Origin: Eledone cirrhosa | Lineage: Eukaryota | DNA: 64,000 nucleotides | Reading direction: 5' to 3' | Assembly (NCBI GenBank): GCA_964016885.1 | Contig: OZ024754.1 | Location: forward strand, 20,770,001-20,834,000 | In this document: positions 30,301 to 44,300 of the stretch, in pieces | Layout: each line of letters starts with the position of its first letter | Numbering within the stretch: position 1 is the first letter of the stretch | Notes under the pieces: generated by a model | What the model saw: only the letters and a program-made list of their open reading frames with translations | What the model was told of the DNA's origin: nothing | Databases searched by the model: none | Position numbers and translations under genes: made by a program

Positions 30301-33300
30301 CATAGACTACCTCCCATATTACCCTTGGTATTAACATAGACTACCTCCCATATTACCCTGCGTCTTAACATAGACTCCCTCCCATATTAGACTTGGTATT
30401 AACATAGACGCCCTGCCATATTACCCTTTGTATTAACATAGGGACTCCCTCCCTTATTAGCCTTGGTATTAACATAGGGACTCCCTCCCATATTAGCCTT
30501 GGTATTAACATAGACTACCTCCCTTATTACCCTGGGTCTTAACATAGACTCCCTCCCATATTAGACTTGGTATTAACATAGACTCCCTCCCATATTACCC
30601 TTGGTATTAACATAGACTCCCTCCCATATTACCCTTGGTATTAACATAGGGACTCCCCCCCATATTACCCTTGGTATTAACATAGAGACTCCCCCCCCCA
30701 TATTACCCTTGGTATTAATATAGAGACTCCCTCCCATATTAACCTTGGTGTTAACATAGACTCCCTCCCATATTACCCTTGGTATTAACATAGGGACTCC
30801 CTCCCATATTAGCCTTGGTATTAACATAGGGACTCCCTCCCATATTAGACTTGGTATTAACATAGACTCCCTCCCATATTACCCATGGTATTAACATAGA
30901 CTCCCTCCCATATTACCCTTGGCATTAACATAGACTCCTCCCATATTACCCTTGGTATTAACATAGACTCCCTCCCATATTAGCCTTGGTATTAATATAG
31001 AGACTCCGACCCCCATATTACCCTTTCTATTAACTTAGACTCGCTCCCATATTACCCTTGGTATTAACATAAACTCCCTCCCATATTACCCTTGGTATTA
31101 ACATAGACTACCTCCCATATTACCCTGGGTCTTAACATAGACTCCCTCCCATATTAGACTTGGTATTAACATAGACTCCCTGCCATATTACTCTTTGTAT
31201 TAACATAGACTCCCTCCCATATTACCCTTGGTATTAACATAGACTCCCTCCCATATTTCCCTTGGTATTAACATAGAGGCTCCCCCCCATATTACCCTTG
31301 GTATTAATATAGAGACTCCCCCCCATATTACCCTTGGTATTAATATAGAGACTCCCTCCCATATTAACCTTGGTGTTAACATAGACTCCCTCCCATATTA
31401 ACCTTGGTGTTAACATAGACTCCCTCCCATATTACCCTTGGTATTAACATAGGGACTCCCTCCCATATTACCCTTGGTATTAACATAGACTCCCTCCCAT
31501 ATTAGCCTTGGTATTAACATAGACTACCTCCCTTATTACCCTGGGTCTTAACATAGACTCCCTCCCATATTAGACTTGGTATTAACATAGACTCCCTCCC
31601 ATATTACCCTTGGTATTAACATAGACTCCCTCCCATATTACCCTTGGTATTAACATAAAGACTCCCCCCCATATTACCCTTGGTATTAACATAGAGACTC
31701 CCCCCCCCCCCCATATTACCCTTGGTATTAATATAGAGACTCCATCCCATATTAATCTTGGTGTTAACATAGACTCCCTCCCATATTACCCTTGGTATTA
31801 ACATAGGGACTCCCTCCCATATTACCCTTGGTATTAACATAGACTCCCTCCCATATTACCCTTGGTATTAACATAGACTCCATCCCATATTACCCTTGGT
31901 ATTAACATAGACTCCCTCCCATATTACCCTTGGTATTAACATAGGGACTCCCCCCCATATTACCCTTGGTATTAACATAGAGACTCCCCCCCCCATATTA
32001 CCCTTGGTATTAATATAGAGACTCCCTCCCATATTAACCTTGGTGTTAACATAGACTCCCTCCCATATTACCCTTGGTATTAACATAGAGACCGCCCCCC
32101 CATATTACCCTTGGTATTAACATAGACTCCCTCCCATATTACCCTTGGTATTAACATAGACTCCATCCCATATTACCTTTGGTATTAACATAGACTCCCT
32201 CACATATTACCGTTGGTATTAACACAGGGACTCTCTCCCATATTAGCCTTGGTATTAACATAGGGACTCCCTCCCATATTACCCTTGGTATTAACATAGA
32301 GACTCTACCCCATATTACCCTTGGTATTAACATAGACTCCCTCACATATTACCGTTGGTATTAACACAGGGACTCCCTCCCATATTACCCTTGGTATTAA
32401 CATAGGGACTCCCTCCCATATTAGTCTTGGTATTAACATAGACTCCCTCCCATATTAGACTTGGTATTAACATAGACTCCCTGCCATATTACCCTTTGTA
32501 TTAACATAGACTCCCTCCCATATTACCCTTGGTATTAACATAGACTCCCTCCCATATTACCCTTAGTATTAACATAGGGACTCCCTCCCATATTAACATT
32601 GGTATTAACATAGACTCCCTCCCATATTACCCTTGGTATTAACATAGGGACTCCCTCCCATATTACCCTTGGTATTAACATAGACTCCCTCCCATATTAG
32701 CCTTGGTATTAACATAGACTACCTCCCTTATTACCCTGGGTCTTAACATAGACTCCCTCCCATATTAGACTTGGTATTAACATAGACTCCCTCCCATATT
32801 ACCCTTGGTATTAACATAGACTCCCTCCCATATTACCCTTGGTATTAACATAGGGACTCCCCCCCATATTACCCTTGGTATTAACATAGAGACTCCCCCC
32901 CCATATTACCCTTGGTATTAATATAGAGACTCCATCCCATATTAAGCTTGGTGTTAACATAGACTCCCTCCCATATTACCCTTGGTATTAACATAGGGAC
33001 TCCCTCCCATATTACCCTTGGTATTAACATAGACTCCCTCCCATATTACCCTTGGTATTAACATAGACTCCATCCCATATTACCCTTGGTATTAACATAG
33101 ACTCCCTCCCATATTACCCTTGGTATTAACATAGGGACTCCCCCCCATATTACCCTTGGTATTAACATAGAGACTCCCCCCCCATATTACCCTTGGTATT
33201 AATATAGAGACTCCCTCCCATATTAACCTTGGTGTTAACATAGACTCCCTCCCATATTACCCTTGGTATTAACATAGAGACCGCCCCCCCCCCATATTAC

Positions 33301-33350
33301 CCTTGGTATTAACATAGACTCCCTCCCATATTACCCTTGGTATTAACATA
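21400..33350. repeat. Irregular ~2.8-3.1 kb higher-order repeat, about four imperfect copies
   Basis: The same repeat-derived 64-aa ORF (MRESMLIPR...) recurs at 23388, 26256, 29319 and 32151 (offsets 2868, 3063, 2832). The private variant ATTAATCTTGG lies near 22988, 25858, 28918 and 31751. Confidence 0.75.
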
Positions 33351-36300
33351 GACTCCATCCCATATTACCCTTGGTATTAACATAGACTCCCTCACATATT
33401 ACCGTTGGTATTAACACAGGGACTCTCTCCCATATTAGCCTTGGTATTAACATAGGGACTCCCTCCCATATTACACTTGGTATTAACATAGAGACTCTAC
33501 CCCATATTACCCTTGGTATTAATATAGAGACTCCGCCCCCCATATTACCCTTGGTATTAACATAGACTCCCTGCCATATTACCCTCGGTATTAACATAGA
33601 CTCCCTCCCATATTACCCTTGGTATTAACATAGACTACCTCCCATATTACCCTGGGTCTTAACATAGACTCCCTCCCATATTAGACTTGGTATTAACATA
33701 GACTCCCTGCCATATTACCCTTTGTATTAACATAGAATCCCTCCCATATTACCCTTGGTATTAACATAGGGACTCCCTCCCATATTAGCCTTGGTATTAA
33801 CATAGGGACTCCCTCCCATATTAGCCTTGGTATTAACATAGACTACCTCCCTTATTACCCTGGGTCTTAACATAGACTCCCTCCCAGATTACGCTTGGTA
33901 ATAACATAGACTCCCTCCCATATTACCCTTGGTATTAACATAGGGACTCCCTCCCATATTACCCTTGGTATTAACATAGAGACTCCCCCCCATATTACCC
34001 TTGGTATTAATATAGAGACTCCCTCCCATATTAACCTTGTTGTTAACATAACTCCCTCCCATATTACCCTTGGTATTAACATAGACTACCTCCCATATTA
34101 CCCTGGGTCTTAACATAGACTCCCTCCCATATTAGACTTGGTATTAACATAGACTCCCTGCCATATTACCCTTTGTATTAACATAGACTCCCTCCCATAT
34201 TACCCTTGGTATTAACATAGCGACTCCCTCCCATATTACCCTTGGTATTAACATAGAGACTCCCTCCCATATTATCCTTGGTTTTAACATAGACTACCTC
34301 CCATTTTACCCTGGGTCTTAACATAGACTCCCTCCCATATTAGACTTGGTATTAGCATAGAGTCCCTCCCATATTACCCTTGGTATTAACATAGACTTCC
34401 TCCCATATTACCCTTGGTATTAACATAGGGACTCCCTCCCATATTACCCTTGGTATTAACATAGAGACTCCCCCCCCCATATTACCCTTGGTATTAATAT
34501 AGAGACTCCCTCCCATATTAACCTTGGTGTTAACATAGACTCCCTCCCATATTACCCTTGGTATTAACATGGGGACTCCCTCCCATATTAGCCTTGGTAT
34601 TAACATAGGGACTCCCTCCCATATTAGACTTGGTATTAACATAGACTCCCTCCCATATTACCCATGGTATTAACATAGACTCCCTCCCATATTACCCTTG
34701 GCATTAACATAGACTCCTCCCATATTACCCTTGGTATTAACATAGAATCCCTTCCATATTAGCCTTGGTATTAATATAGAGACTCCGACCCCCATATTAC
34801 CCTTTCTATTAACTTAGACTCGCTCCCATATTACCCTTGGTATTAACATAAACTCCCTCCCATATTACCCTTGGTATTAACATAGACTACCTCCCATATT
34901 ACCCTGGGTCTTAACATAGACTCCCTCCCATATTAGACTTGGTATTAACATAGACTCCCTGCCATATTACCCTTTGTATTAACATAGACTCCCTCCCATA
35001 TTACCCTTGGTATTAACATAGAGACTCCCCCCCATATTACCCTTGGTATTAATATAGAGACTCCCCCCCATATTACCCTTGGTATTAATATAGGGACTCC
35101 CTCCCATATTAACCTTGGTGTTAACATAGACTCCCTCCCATATTAACCTTGGTGTTAACATAGACTCCCTCCCATATTACCCTTGGTATTAACATAGGGA
35201 CTCCCTCCCATATTACCCTTGGTATTAACATAGACTCCCTCCCATATTAGCCTTGATATTAACATAGACTACCTCCCTTATTACCCTGGGTCTTAACATA
35301 GACTCCCTCCCATATTAGACTTGGTATTAACATAGACTCCCTCCCATATTACCCTTGGTATTAACATAGACTCCCTCCCATATTACCCTTGGTATTAACA
35401 TAGGGACTCCCCCCATATTACCCTTGGTATTAAGAGAGAGACTCCCCCCCCCCATATTACCCTTGGTATTAATATAGAGACTCCATCCCATATTAAGCTT
35501 GGTGTTAACATAGACTCCCTCCCATATTACCCTTGGTATTAACATAGGGACTCCCTCCCATATTACCCTTAGTATTAACATAGACTCCCTCCCATATTAC
35601 CCTTGGTATTAACATGGACTCCATCCCATATTACCCTTGGTATTAACATAGACTCCCTCCCATATTACCCTTGGTATTAACATAGGGACTCCCCCCCATA
35701 TTACCCTTGTTATTAACATAGAGACTCCCCCCCCATATTACCCTTGGTATTAATATAGAGACTCCCTCCCATATTAACCTTGGTGTTAACATAGACTCCC
35801 TCCCATATTACCCTTGGTATTAACATAGAGACCGCCCCCCCCATATTACCCTTGGTATTAACATAGACTCCCTCCCATATTACCCTTGGTATTAACATAG
35901 ACTCCATCCCATATTACCCTTGGTATTAACATAGACTCCCTCACATATTACCGTTGGTATTAACACAGGGACTCTCTCCCATATTAGCCTTGGTATTAAC
36001 ATAGGGACTCCCTCCCATATTACCCTTGGTATTAACATAGAGACTCTACCCCATATTACCCTTGGTATTAATATAGAGACTCCGCCCCCCATATTACCCT
36101 TGGTATTAACATAGACTCCCTCCCATATTACCCTCGGTATTAACATAGACTCCCTCCCATATTACCCTTGGTATTAACATAGACTACCTCCCATATTACC
36201 CTGGGTCTTAACATAGACTCCCTCCCATATTAGACTTGGTATTAACATAGACTCCCTGCCATATTACCCTTTGTATTAACATAGACTCCCTCCCATATTA

Positions 36301-39300
36301 CCCTTGGTATTAACATAGGGACTCCCTCCCATATTAGCCTTGGTATTAACATAGGGACTCCCTCCCATATTAGCGTTGGTATTAACATAGACTACCTCCC
36401 TTATTACCCTGGGTCTTAACATAGACTCCCTCCCAGATTACGCTTGGTAATAACATAGACTCCCTCCCATATTACCCTTGGTATTAACATAGGGACTCCC
36501 TCCCATATTACCCTTGGTATTAACATAGAGACTCCCCCCATATTACCCTTGGTATTAATATAGAGACTCCCTCCCATATTAACCTTGTTGTTAACATAGA
36601 CTCCCTCCCATATTACCCTTGGTATTAACATAGACTACCTCCCATATTACCCTGGGTCTTAACATAGACTCCCTCCCATATTAGACTTGGTATTAACATA
36701 GACTCCCTGCCATATTACCCTTTGTATTAACATAGACTCCCTCCCATATTACCCTTGGTATTAACATAGAGACTCCCTCCCATATTATCCTTGGTTTTAA
36801 CATAGACTACCTCCCATTTTACCCTGGGTCTTAACATAGACTCCCTCCCATATTAGACTTGGTATTAGCATAGACTCCCTCCCATATTACCCTTGGTATT
36901 AACATAGACTTCCTCCCATATTACCCTTGGTATTAACATAGGGACTCCCTCCCATATTACCCTTGGTATTAACATAGAGACTCCCCCCCATATTACCCTT
37001 GGTATTAAAGTAGAGACTCCCTCCCATATTAACCTTGGTGTTAACATAGACTCCCTCCCATATTACCCTTGGTATTAACATAGTGACTCCCTCCCATATT
37101 AGCCTTGGTATTAACATAGGGACTCCCTCCCATATTAGCCTTGGTATTTACATAGACTCCCTGCCATATTACCCTTGGTATTAACATAGACTCCCTCCCA
37201 TATTACCCTTGGTATTAACATAGACTCCCTCCCATATTAACCTTGGTATTAACATAGAGATTCCCCCCCCCCACATTACCCTTGGTATTAATATAGACTC
37301 CGTCCCATATTACCCTTTGTATTAACATAGACCCCCTCCCATATTACCCATGGTATTAACATAGACTCCCTCCAATATTACCCTTGGTATTAACATAGAC
37401 TCCCTCCCATATTACCCTTGGTATTAACATAGAGAATCCCTCCCATATTACCCTTGATATTAACATAGACTCCCTCCCATATTACCCTTGGTATTAACAT
37501 AGACTCCCTCCCATATTACCCTTAGTATTAACATAGAGACTCCCTCCCATATTAACATTGGTATTAACATAGACTCCCTCCCATATTACCCTTGGTATTA
37601 ACATAGACTCCCTCCCATATTACGCTTGGTATTAACATAGACTCCTCCCATATTACCCTTGGTATTAATATAGACTCCCTCCCATATTACGCTTGGTATT
37701 AACATAGACTCCCTCCCATATTAGACTTGGTATTAACATAGACTCCCTCCCATATTACCCTTGGTATTAACATAGACTCCCTCCCATATTACGCTTGGTA
37801 TTAACATAGACTCCTCCCATATTACCCTTGGTATTAACATAGACTCCCTCCCATATTACCCTTGGTATTAACATAGACTCCCTCCCATATTAGACTTGGT
37901 ATTAACATAGACTCCCTCCCATATTACCCTTGGTATTAACATAGACTCCCTCCCATATTATGCTTGGTATTAACATAGACTCCCTCCCATATTAGCCTTG
38001 GTATTAATATAGAGACTCCGCCCCCCATATTACCCTTGGTATTAACATAGACTCGCTCCCATATTACCCTCGGTATTAACATAGACTCCCTCCCATATTA
38101 CCCTTGGTATTAACATAGACTACCTCCCATATTACCCTGGGTCTTAACATAGACTCCCTCCCATATTAGACTTGGTATTAACATAGACTCCCTGCCATAT
38201 TACCCTTTGTATTAACATAGACTCCCTCCCATATTACCCTTGGTATTAACATAGGGACTCCCTCCCATATTAGCCTTGGTATTAACATAGACTACCTCCC
38301 TTATTACCCTGGGTCTTAACATAGACTCCCTCCCATATTAGACTTGGTATTAACATAGACTCCCTCCCATATTACCCTTGGTATTAACATAGACTCCCTC
38401 CCATATTACCCTTGGTATTAACATAGGGACTCCCCCCCATATTACCCTTGGTATTAACATAGAGACTCCCCCCCCATATTACCCTTGGTATTAATATAGA
38501 GACTCCCTCCCATATTAACCTTGGTGTTAACATAGACTCCCTCCCATATTACCCTTGGTATTAACATAGGGACTCCCTCCCATATTAGCCTTGGTATTAA
38601 CATAGGGACTCCCTCCCATATTAGACTTGGTATTAACATAGACTCCCTCCCATATTACCCATGGTATTAACATAGACTCCCTCCCATATTACCCTTGGCA
38701 TTAACATAGACTCCTCCCATATTACCCTTGGTATTAACATAGACTCCCTCCCATATTAGCCTTGGTATTAATATAGAGACTCCGACCCCCATATTACCCT
38801 TTCTATTAACTTAGACTCGCTCCCATATTACCCTTGGTATTAACATAAACTCCCTCCCATATTACCCTTGGTATTAACATAGACTACCTCCCATATTACC
38901 CTGGGTCTTAACATAGACTCCCTCCCATATTAGACTTGGTATTAACATAGACTCCCTGCCATATTACCCTTTGTATTAACATAGACTCCCTCCCATATTA
39001 CCCTTGGTATTAACATAGACTACCTCCCATATTACCCTTGGTATTAACATAGAGACTCCCCCCCATATTACCCTTGGTATTAATATAGAGACTCCCCCCC
39101 ATATTACCCTTGGTATTAATATAGAGACTCCCTCCCATATTAACCTTGGTGTTAACATAGACTCCCTCCCATATTAACCTTGGTGTTAACATAGACTCCC
39201 TCCCATATTACCCTTGGTATTAACATAGGGACTCCCTCCCATATTACCCATGGTATTAACATAGACTCCCTCCCATATTACCCTTGGTATTAACATAGAC

Positions 39301-41099
39301 TCCATCCCATATTACCCTTGGTATTAACATAGGGACTCGCTCCCATATTAGCCTTGGTATTAACATAGGGACTCCCTCACATATTACCCTTGGTATTAAC
39401 ATAGACTCCCTCCCATATTACCCTTGGTATTAACATAGACTCCATCCCATATTACCCTAGGTATTAACATAGACTCCCTCCCATATTAGCCTTGGTATTA
39501 ACATAGACTACCTCCCTTATTACCCTGGGTCTTAACATAGACTCCCTCCCATATTAGACTTGGTATTAACATAGACTCCCTCCCATATTATCCTTGGTAT
39601 TAACATAGACTCCCTCCCATATTACCCTTGGTATTAACATAGGGACTCCCCCCCATATTACCCTTGGTATTAACATAGAGACTACCCCCCCCCATATTAC
39701 CCTTGGTATTAATATAGAGACTCCCTCCCATATTAAGCTTGGTGTTAACATAGACTCCCTCCCATATTACCCTTGGTATTAACATAGGGACTCCCTCCCA
39801 TATTACCCTTGGTATTAACATAGACTCCCTCCCATATTACCCTTGGTATTAACATAGACTCCATCCCATATTACCCTTGGTATTAACATAGACTCCCTCC
39901 CATATTACCCTTGGTATTAACATAGGGACTCCCCCCCATATTACACTTGGTATTAACATAGAGACTCCCCCCCATATTACCCTTGGTATTAATATAGAGA
40001 CTCCCTCCCATATTAACCTTGGTGTTAACATAGACTCCCTCCCATATTACCCTTGGTATTAACATAGAGACCGCCCCCCCATATTACCCTTGGTATTAAC
40101 ATAGACTCCCTCCCATATTACCCTTGGTATTAACATAGACACCCTCCCATATTACCCTTGGTATTAACATAGACTCCCTCCCATATTAACCTTGGTATTA
40201 ACATAGGGACTCCCTCCCATATTACCCTTGGTATTAACATAGAGACTCCCTCCCATATTATCCTTGGTTTTAACATAGACTACCTCCCATTTTACCCTGG
40301 GTCTTAACATAGACTCCCCCCCCCCATATTACCCTTGGTATTAAAGTAGAGACTCCCTCCCATATTAACCTTGGTGTTAACATAGACGCCCTCCCATATT
40401 ACCCTTGGTATTAACATAGTGACTCTCTCCCATATTAGCCTTGGTATTAACATAGGGACTCCCTCCCATATTAGCCTTGGTATTTACATAGACTCCCTCC
40501 CATATTACCCTTGGTATTAACATAGACTCCCTCCCATATTACCCTTGGTATTAACATAGACTCCCTCCCATATTACCCTTGGTATTAACATAGACTCCCT
40601 CCCATATTAGCCTTGGTATTAATATAGAGACTCCGACCCCCATATTACCCTTTCTATTAACTTAGACTCGCTCCCATATTACCCTTGGTATTAACATAAA
40701 CTCCCTCCCATATTACCCTTGGTATTAACATAGACTACCTCCTATATTACCCTGGGTCTTAACATAGACTCCCTCCCATATTACACTTGGTATTAACATA
40801 GACTCCCTCCCATATTACCCTTGGTATTAACATAGAGACTCCCCCCCATATTACCCTTGGTATTAATATATAGACTCTCCCCCCCATATTACCCTTGGTA
40901 TTAATATAGAGACTCCCTCCCATATTAACCTTGGTGTTAACATAGACTCCCTCCCATATTACCCTTGGTATTAACATGGGGACTCCCTCCCATATTACCC
41001 TTGGTATTAACATAGAGACCGCCCCCCATATTACCCTTTGTATTAACATAGACTCCATCCCATATTACCCTTGGTATTAACATAGACTCCATCCCATAT

Positions 41100-44000
41100 T
41101 ACCCTTGGTATTAACATAGACTCCCTTACATATTAAAATTGGTGTTAACATAGACTCCCTCCCATATTACCGTTGGTATTAACACAGGGACTCTCTCCCA
41201 TATTAGCCTTGGTATTAACATAGGGACTCCCTCCCATATTACCCTTGGTATTAACATAGAGACTCTACCCCATATTACCCTTGGTATTAATATAGAGACT
41301 CCGCCCCATATTACCCTTGGTATTAATATAGAGACTCCCTCCCATATTAACCTTGTTGTTAACATAGACTCCCTCCCATATTACCCTTGGTATTAACATA
41401 GACTACCTCCCATATTACCCTGGGTCTTAACATAGACTCCCTCCCATATTAGACTTGGTATTAACATAGACTCCCTGCCATATTACCCTTTGTATAAACA
41501 TAGACTCCCTCCCATATTACCCTTGGTATTAACATAGGGACTCCCTCCCATATTACCCTTGGTATTAACATAGAGACTCTACCCCATATTACCCTTGGTA
41601 TTAATATAGAGACTCCGCCCCCCATATTACCCTTGGTATTAACATAGACTCCCTGCCATATTACCCTTTGTATTAACATAGACTCCCTCCCATATTACCC
41701 TTGGTATTAACATAGGGACTCCCTCCCATATTAGCCTTGGTATTAACATAGGGACTCCCTCCCATATTACCCTTGGTATTAACATAGGGACTCCCTCCCA
41801 TATTAGCCTTGGTATTAACATAGGGACTCCCTCCCATATTAGCCTTGGTATTAGCATAGACTACCTCCCTTATTACCCTGGGTCTTAACATAGACTCCCT
41901 CTCATATTAGATTTGGTATTAACATAGACTCCCTCCCATATTACCCTTGGTATTAACATAGGGACTCCCTCCCATATTACCCTTGGTATTAACATAGAGA
42001 CTCCCCCCCATATTACCCTTGGTATTAATATAGAGTCTCCCTCTCATATTAACCTTGGTGTTAACATAGACTCCCTCCCATATTACCCTTGGTATTAACA
42101 TAGGGACTCCCTCCCATATTACCCTTGGTATTAACATAGACTCCCTCCCATATTACCCTTGGTATTAACATAGAGACTCCGCCCCCCATATTACCCTTGG
42201 TATTAACATAGACTCCCTGCCATATTACCCTTTGTATTAACATAGATTCCCTCCCATATTACCCTTGGTATTAACATAGGGACTCCCTCCCATATTAGCC
42301 TTGGTATTAACATAGGGACTCCCTCCCATATTACCCTAGGTATTAACATAGGGACTCCCTCCCATATTAGCCTTGGTATTAACATAGGGACTCCCTCCCA
42401 TATTAGCCTTGGTATTAACATAGACTACCTCCCTTATTACCCTGGGTCTTAACATAGACTCCCTCTCATATTAGATTTGGTATTAACATAGACTCCCTCC
42501 CATATTACCCTTGGTATTAACATAGGGACTCCCTCCCATATTACCCTTGGTATTAACATAGACTCCCTCCCATATTACCCTTGGTATTAACATAGACTCC
42601 ATCCCATATTACCCTTGGTATTAACATAGACTCCCTCCCATATTACCCTTGGTATTAACATAGGGACTCCCCCCCATATTACCCTTGGTATTAACATAGA
42701 GACTCCCCCCCATATTACCCTTGGTATTAATATAGAGACTCCCTCCCATATTAACCTTGGTGTTAACATAGACTCCCTCCCATATTACCCTTGGTATTAA
42801 CATAGAGACCGCCCCCCCCCCATATTACCCTTGGTATTAACATAGACTCCCTCCCATATTACCCTTGGTATTAACATAGACTCCATCCCATATTACCCTT
42901 GGTATTAACATAGACTCCCTCACATATTACAATTGGTGTTAACATAGACTCCCTCCCATATTACCGTTGGTATTAACACAGGGACTCTCTCCCATATTAG
43001 CCTTGGTATTAACATAGGGACTCCCTCCCATATTACCCTTGGTATTAACATAGAGACTCTACCCCATATTACCCTTGGTATTAATATAGAGACTCCGCCC
43101 CATATTACCCTTGGTATTAATATAGAGACTCCCTCCCATATTAACCTTGTTGTTAACATAGACTCCCTCCCATATTACCCTTGGTATTAACATAGACTAC
43201 CTCCCATATTACCCTGGGTCTTAACATAGACTCCCTTCCATATTAGACTTGGTATTAACATAGACTCCCTGCCATATTACCCTTTGTATAAACATAGACT
43301 CCCTCCCATATTACCCTTGGTATTAACATAGGGACTCCCTCCCATATTACCCTTGGTATTAACATAGAGACTCTACCCCATATTACCCTTGGTATTAATA
43401 TAGAGACTCCGCCCCCCATATTACCCTTGGTATTAACATAGACTCCCTCCCATATTACCCTTGGTATTAACATAGGGACTCCCTCCCATATTAGCCTTGG
43501 TATTAACATAGGGACTCCCTCCCATATTACCCTTGGTATTAACATAGGGACTCCCTCCCATATTAGCCTTGGTATTAACATAGGGACTCCCTCCCATATT
43601 AGCCTTGGTATTAGCATAGACTACCTCCCTTATTACCCTGGGTCTTAACATAGACTCCCTCTCATATTAGATTTGGTATTAACATAGACTCCCTCCCATA
43701 TTACCCTTGGTATTAACATAGGGACTCCCTCCCATATTACCCTTGGTATTAACATAGAGACTCCCCCCCATATTACCCTTGGTATTAATATAGAGTCTCC
43801 CTCTCATATTAACCTTGGTGTTAACATAGACTCCCTCCCATATTACCCTTGGTATTAACATAGGGACTCCCTCCCATATTACCCTTGGTATTAACATAGA
43901 CTCCCTCCCATATTACCCTTGGTATTAACATAGAGACTCCGCCCCCCATATTACCCTTGGTATTAACATAGACTCCCTGCCATATTACCCTTTGTATTAA

Positions 44001-44300
44001 CATAGACTCCCTCCCATATTACCCTTGGTATTAACATAGGGACTCCCTCCCATATTAGCCTTGGTATTAACATAGGGACTCCCTCCCATATTACCCTAGG
44101 TATTAACATAGGGACTCCCTCCCATATTAGCCTCGGTATTAACATAGGGACTCCCTCCCATATTAGCCTTGGTATTAACATAGACTACCTCCCTTATTAC
44201 CCTGGGTCTTAACATAGACTCCCTCTCATATTAGATTTGGTATTAACATAGACTCCCTCCCATATTACCCTTGGTATTAACATAGGGACTCCCTCCCATA
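41100..44300. repeat. ~1.76-1.79 kb tandem higher-order duplication
   Basis: ORF pairs 41126/42920 and 41461/43255 have offset 1794; pairs 41673/43433, 41919/43679, 42061/43821 and 42203/43963 have offset 1760. Shared private variants are TTTGTATAAAC, TTAGCATAG, CTCTCATATTAGATTTGG and CCCTAGG. Confidence 0.85.

Noticed and set aside
43255-43617. Longest ORF (120 aa), resembling a repeat-peptide or RiPP-like precursor
   Set aside because: It arises from a chance run of 36-bp monomers. There is no leader or signal peptide and no neighbouring enzymes, and the paralogous segment 1.76-1.79 kb upstream is split into shorter ORFs by one extra monomer.
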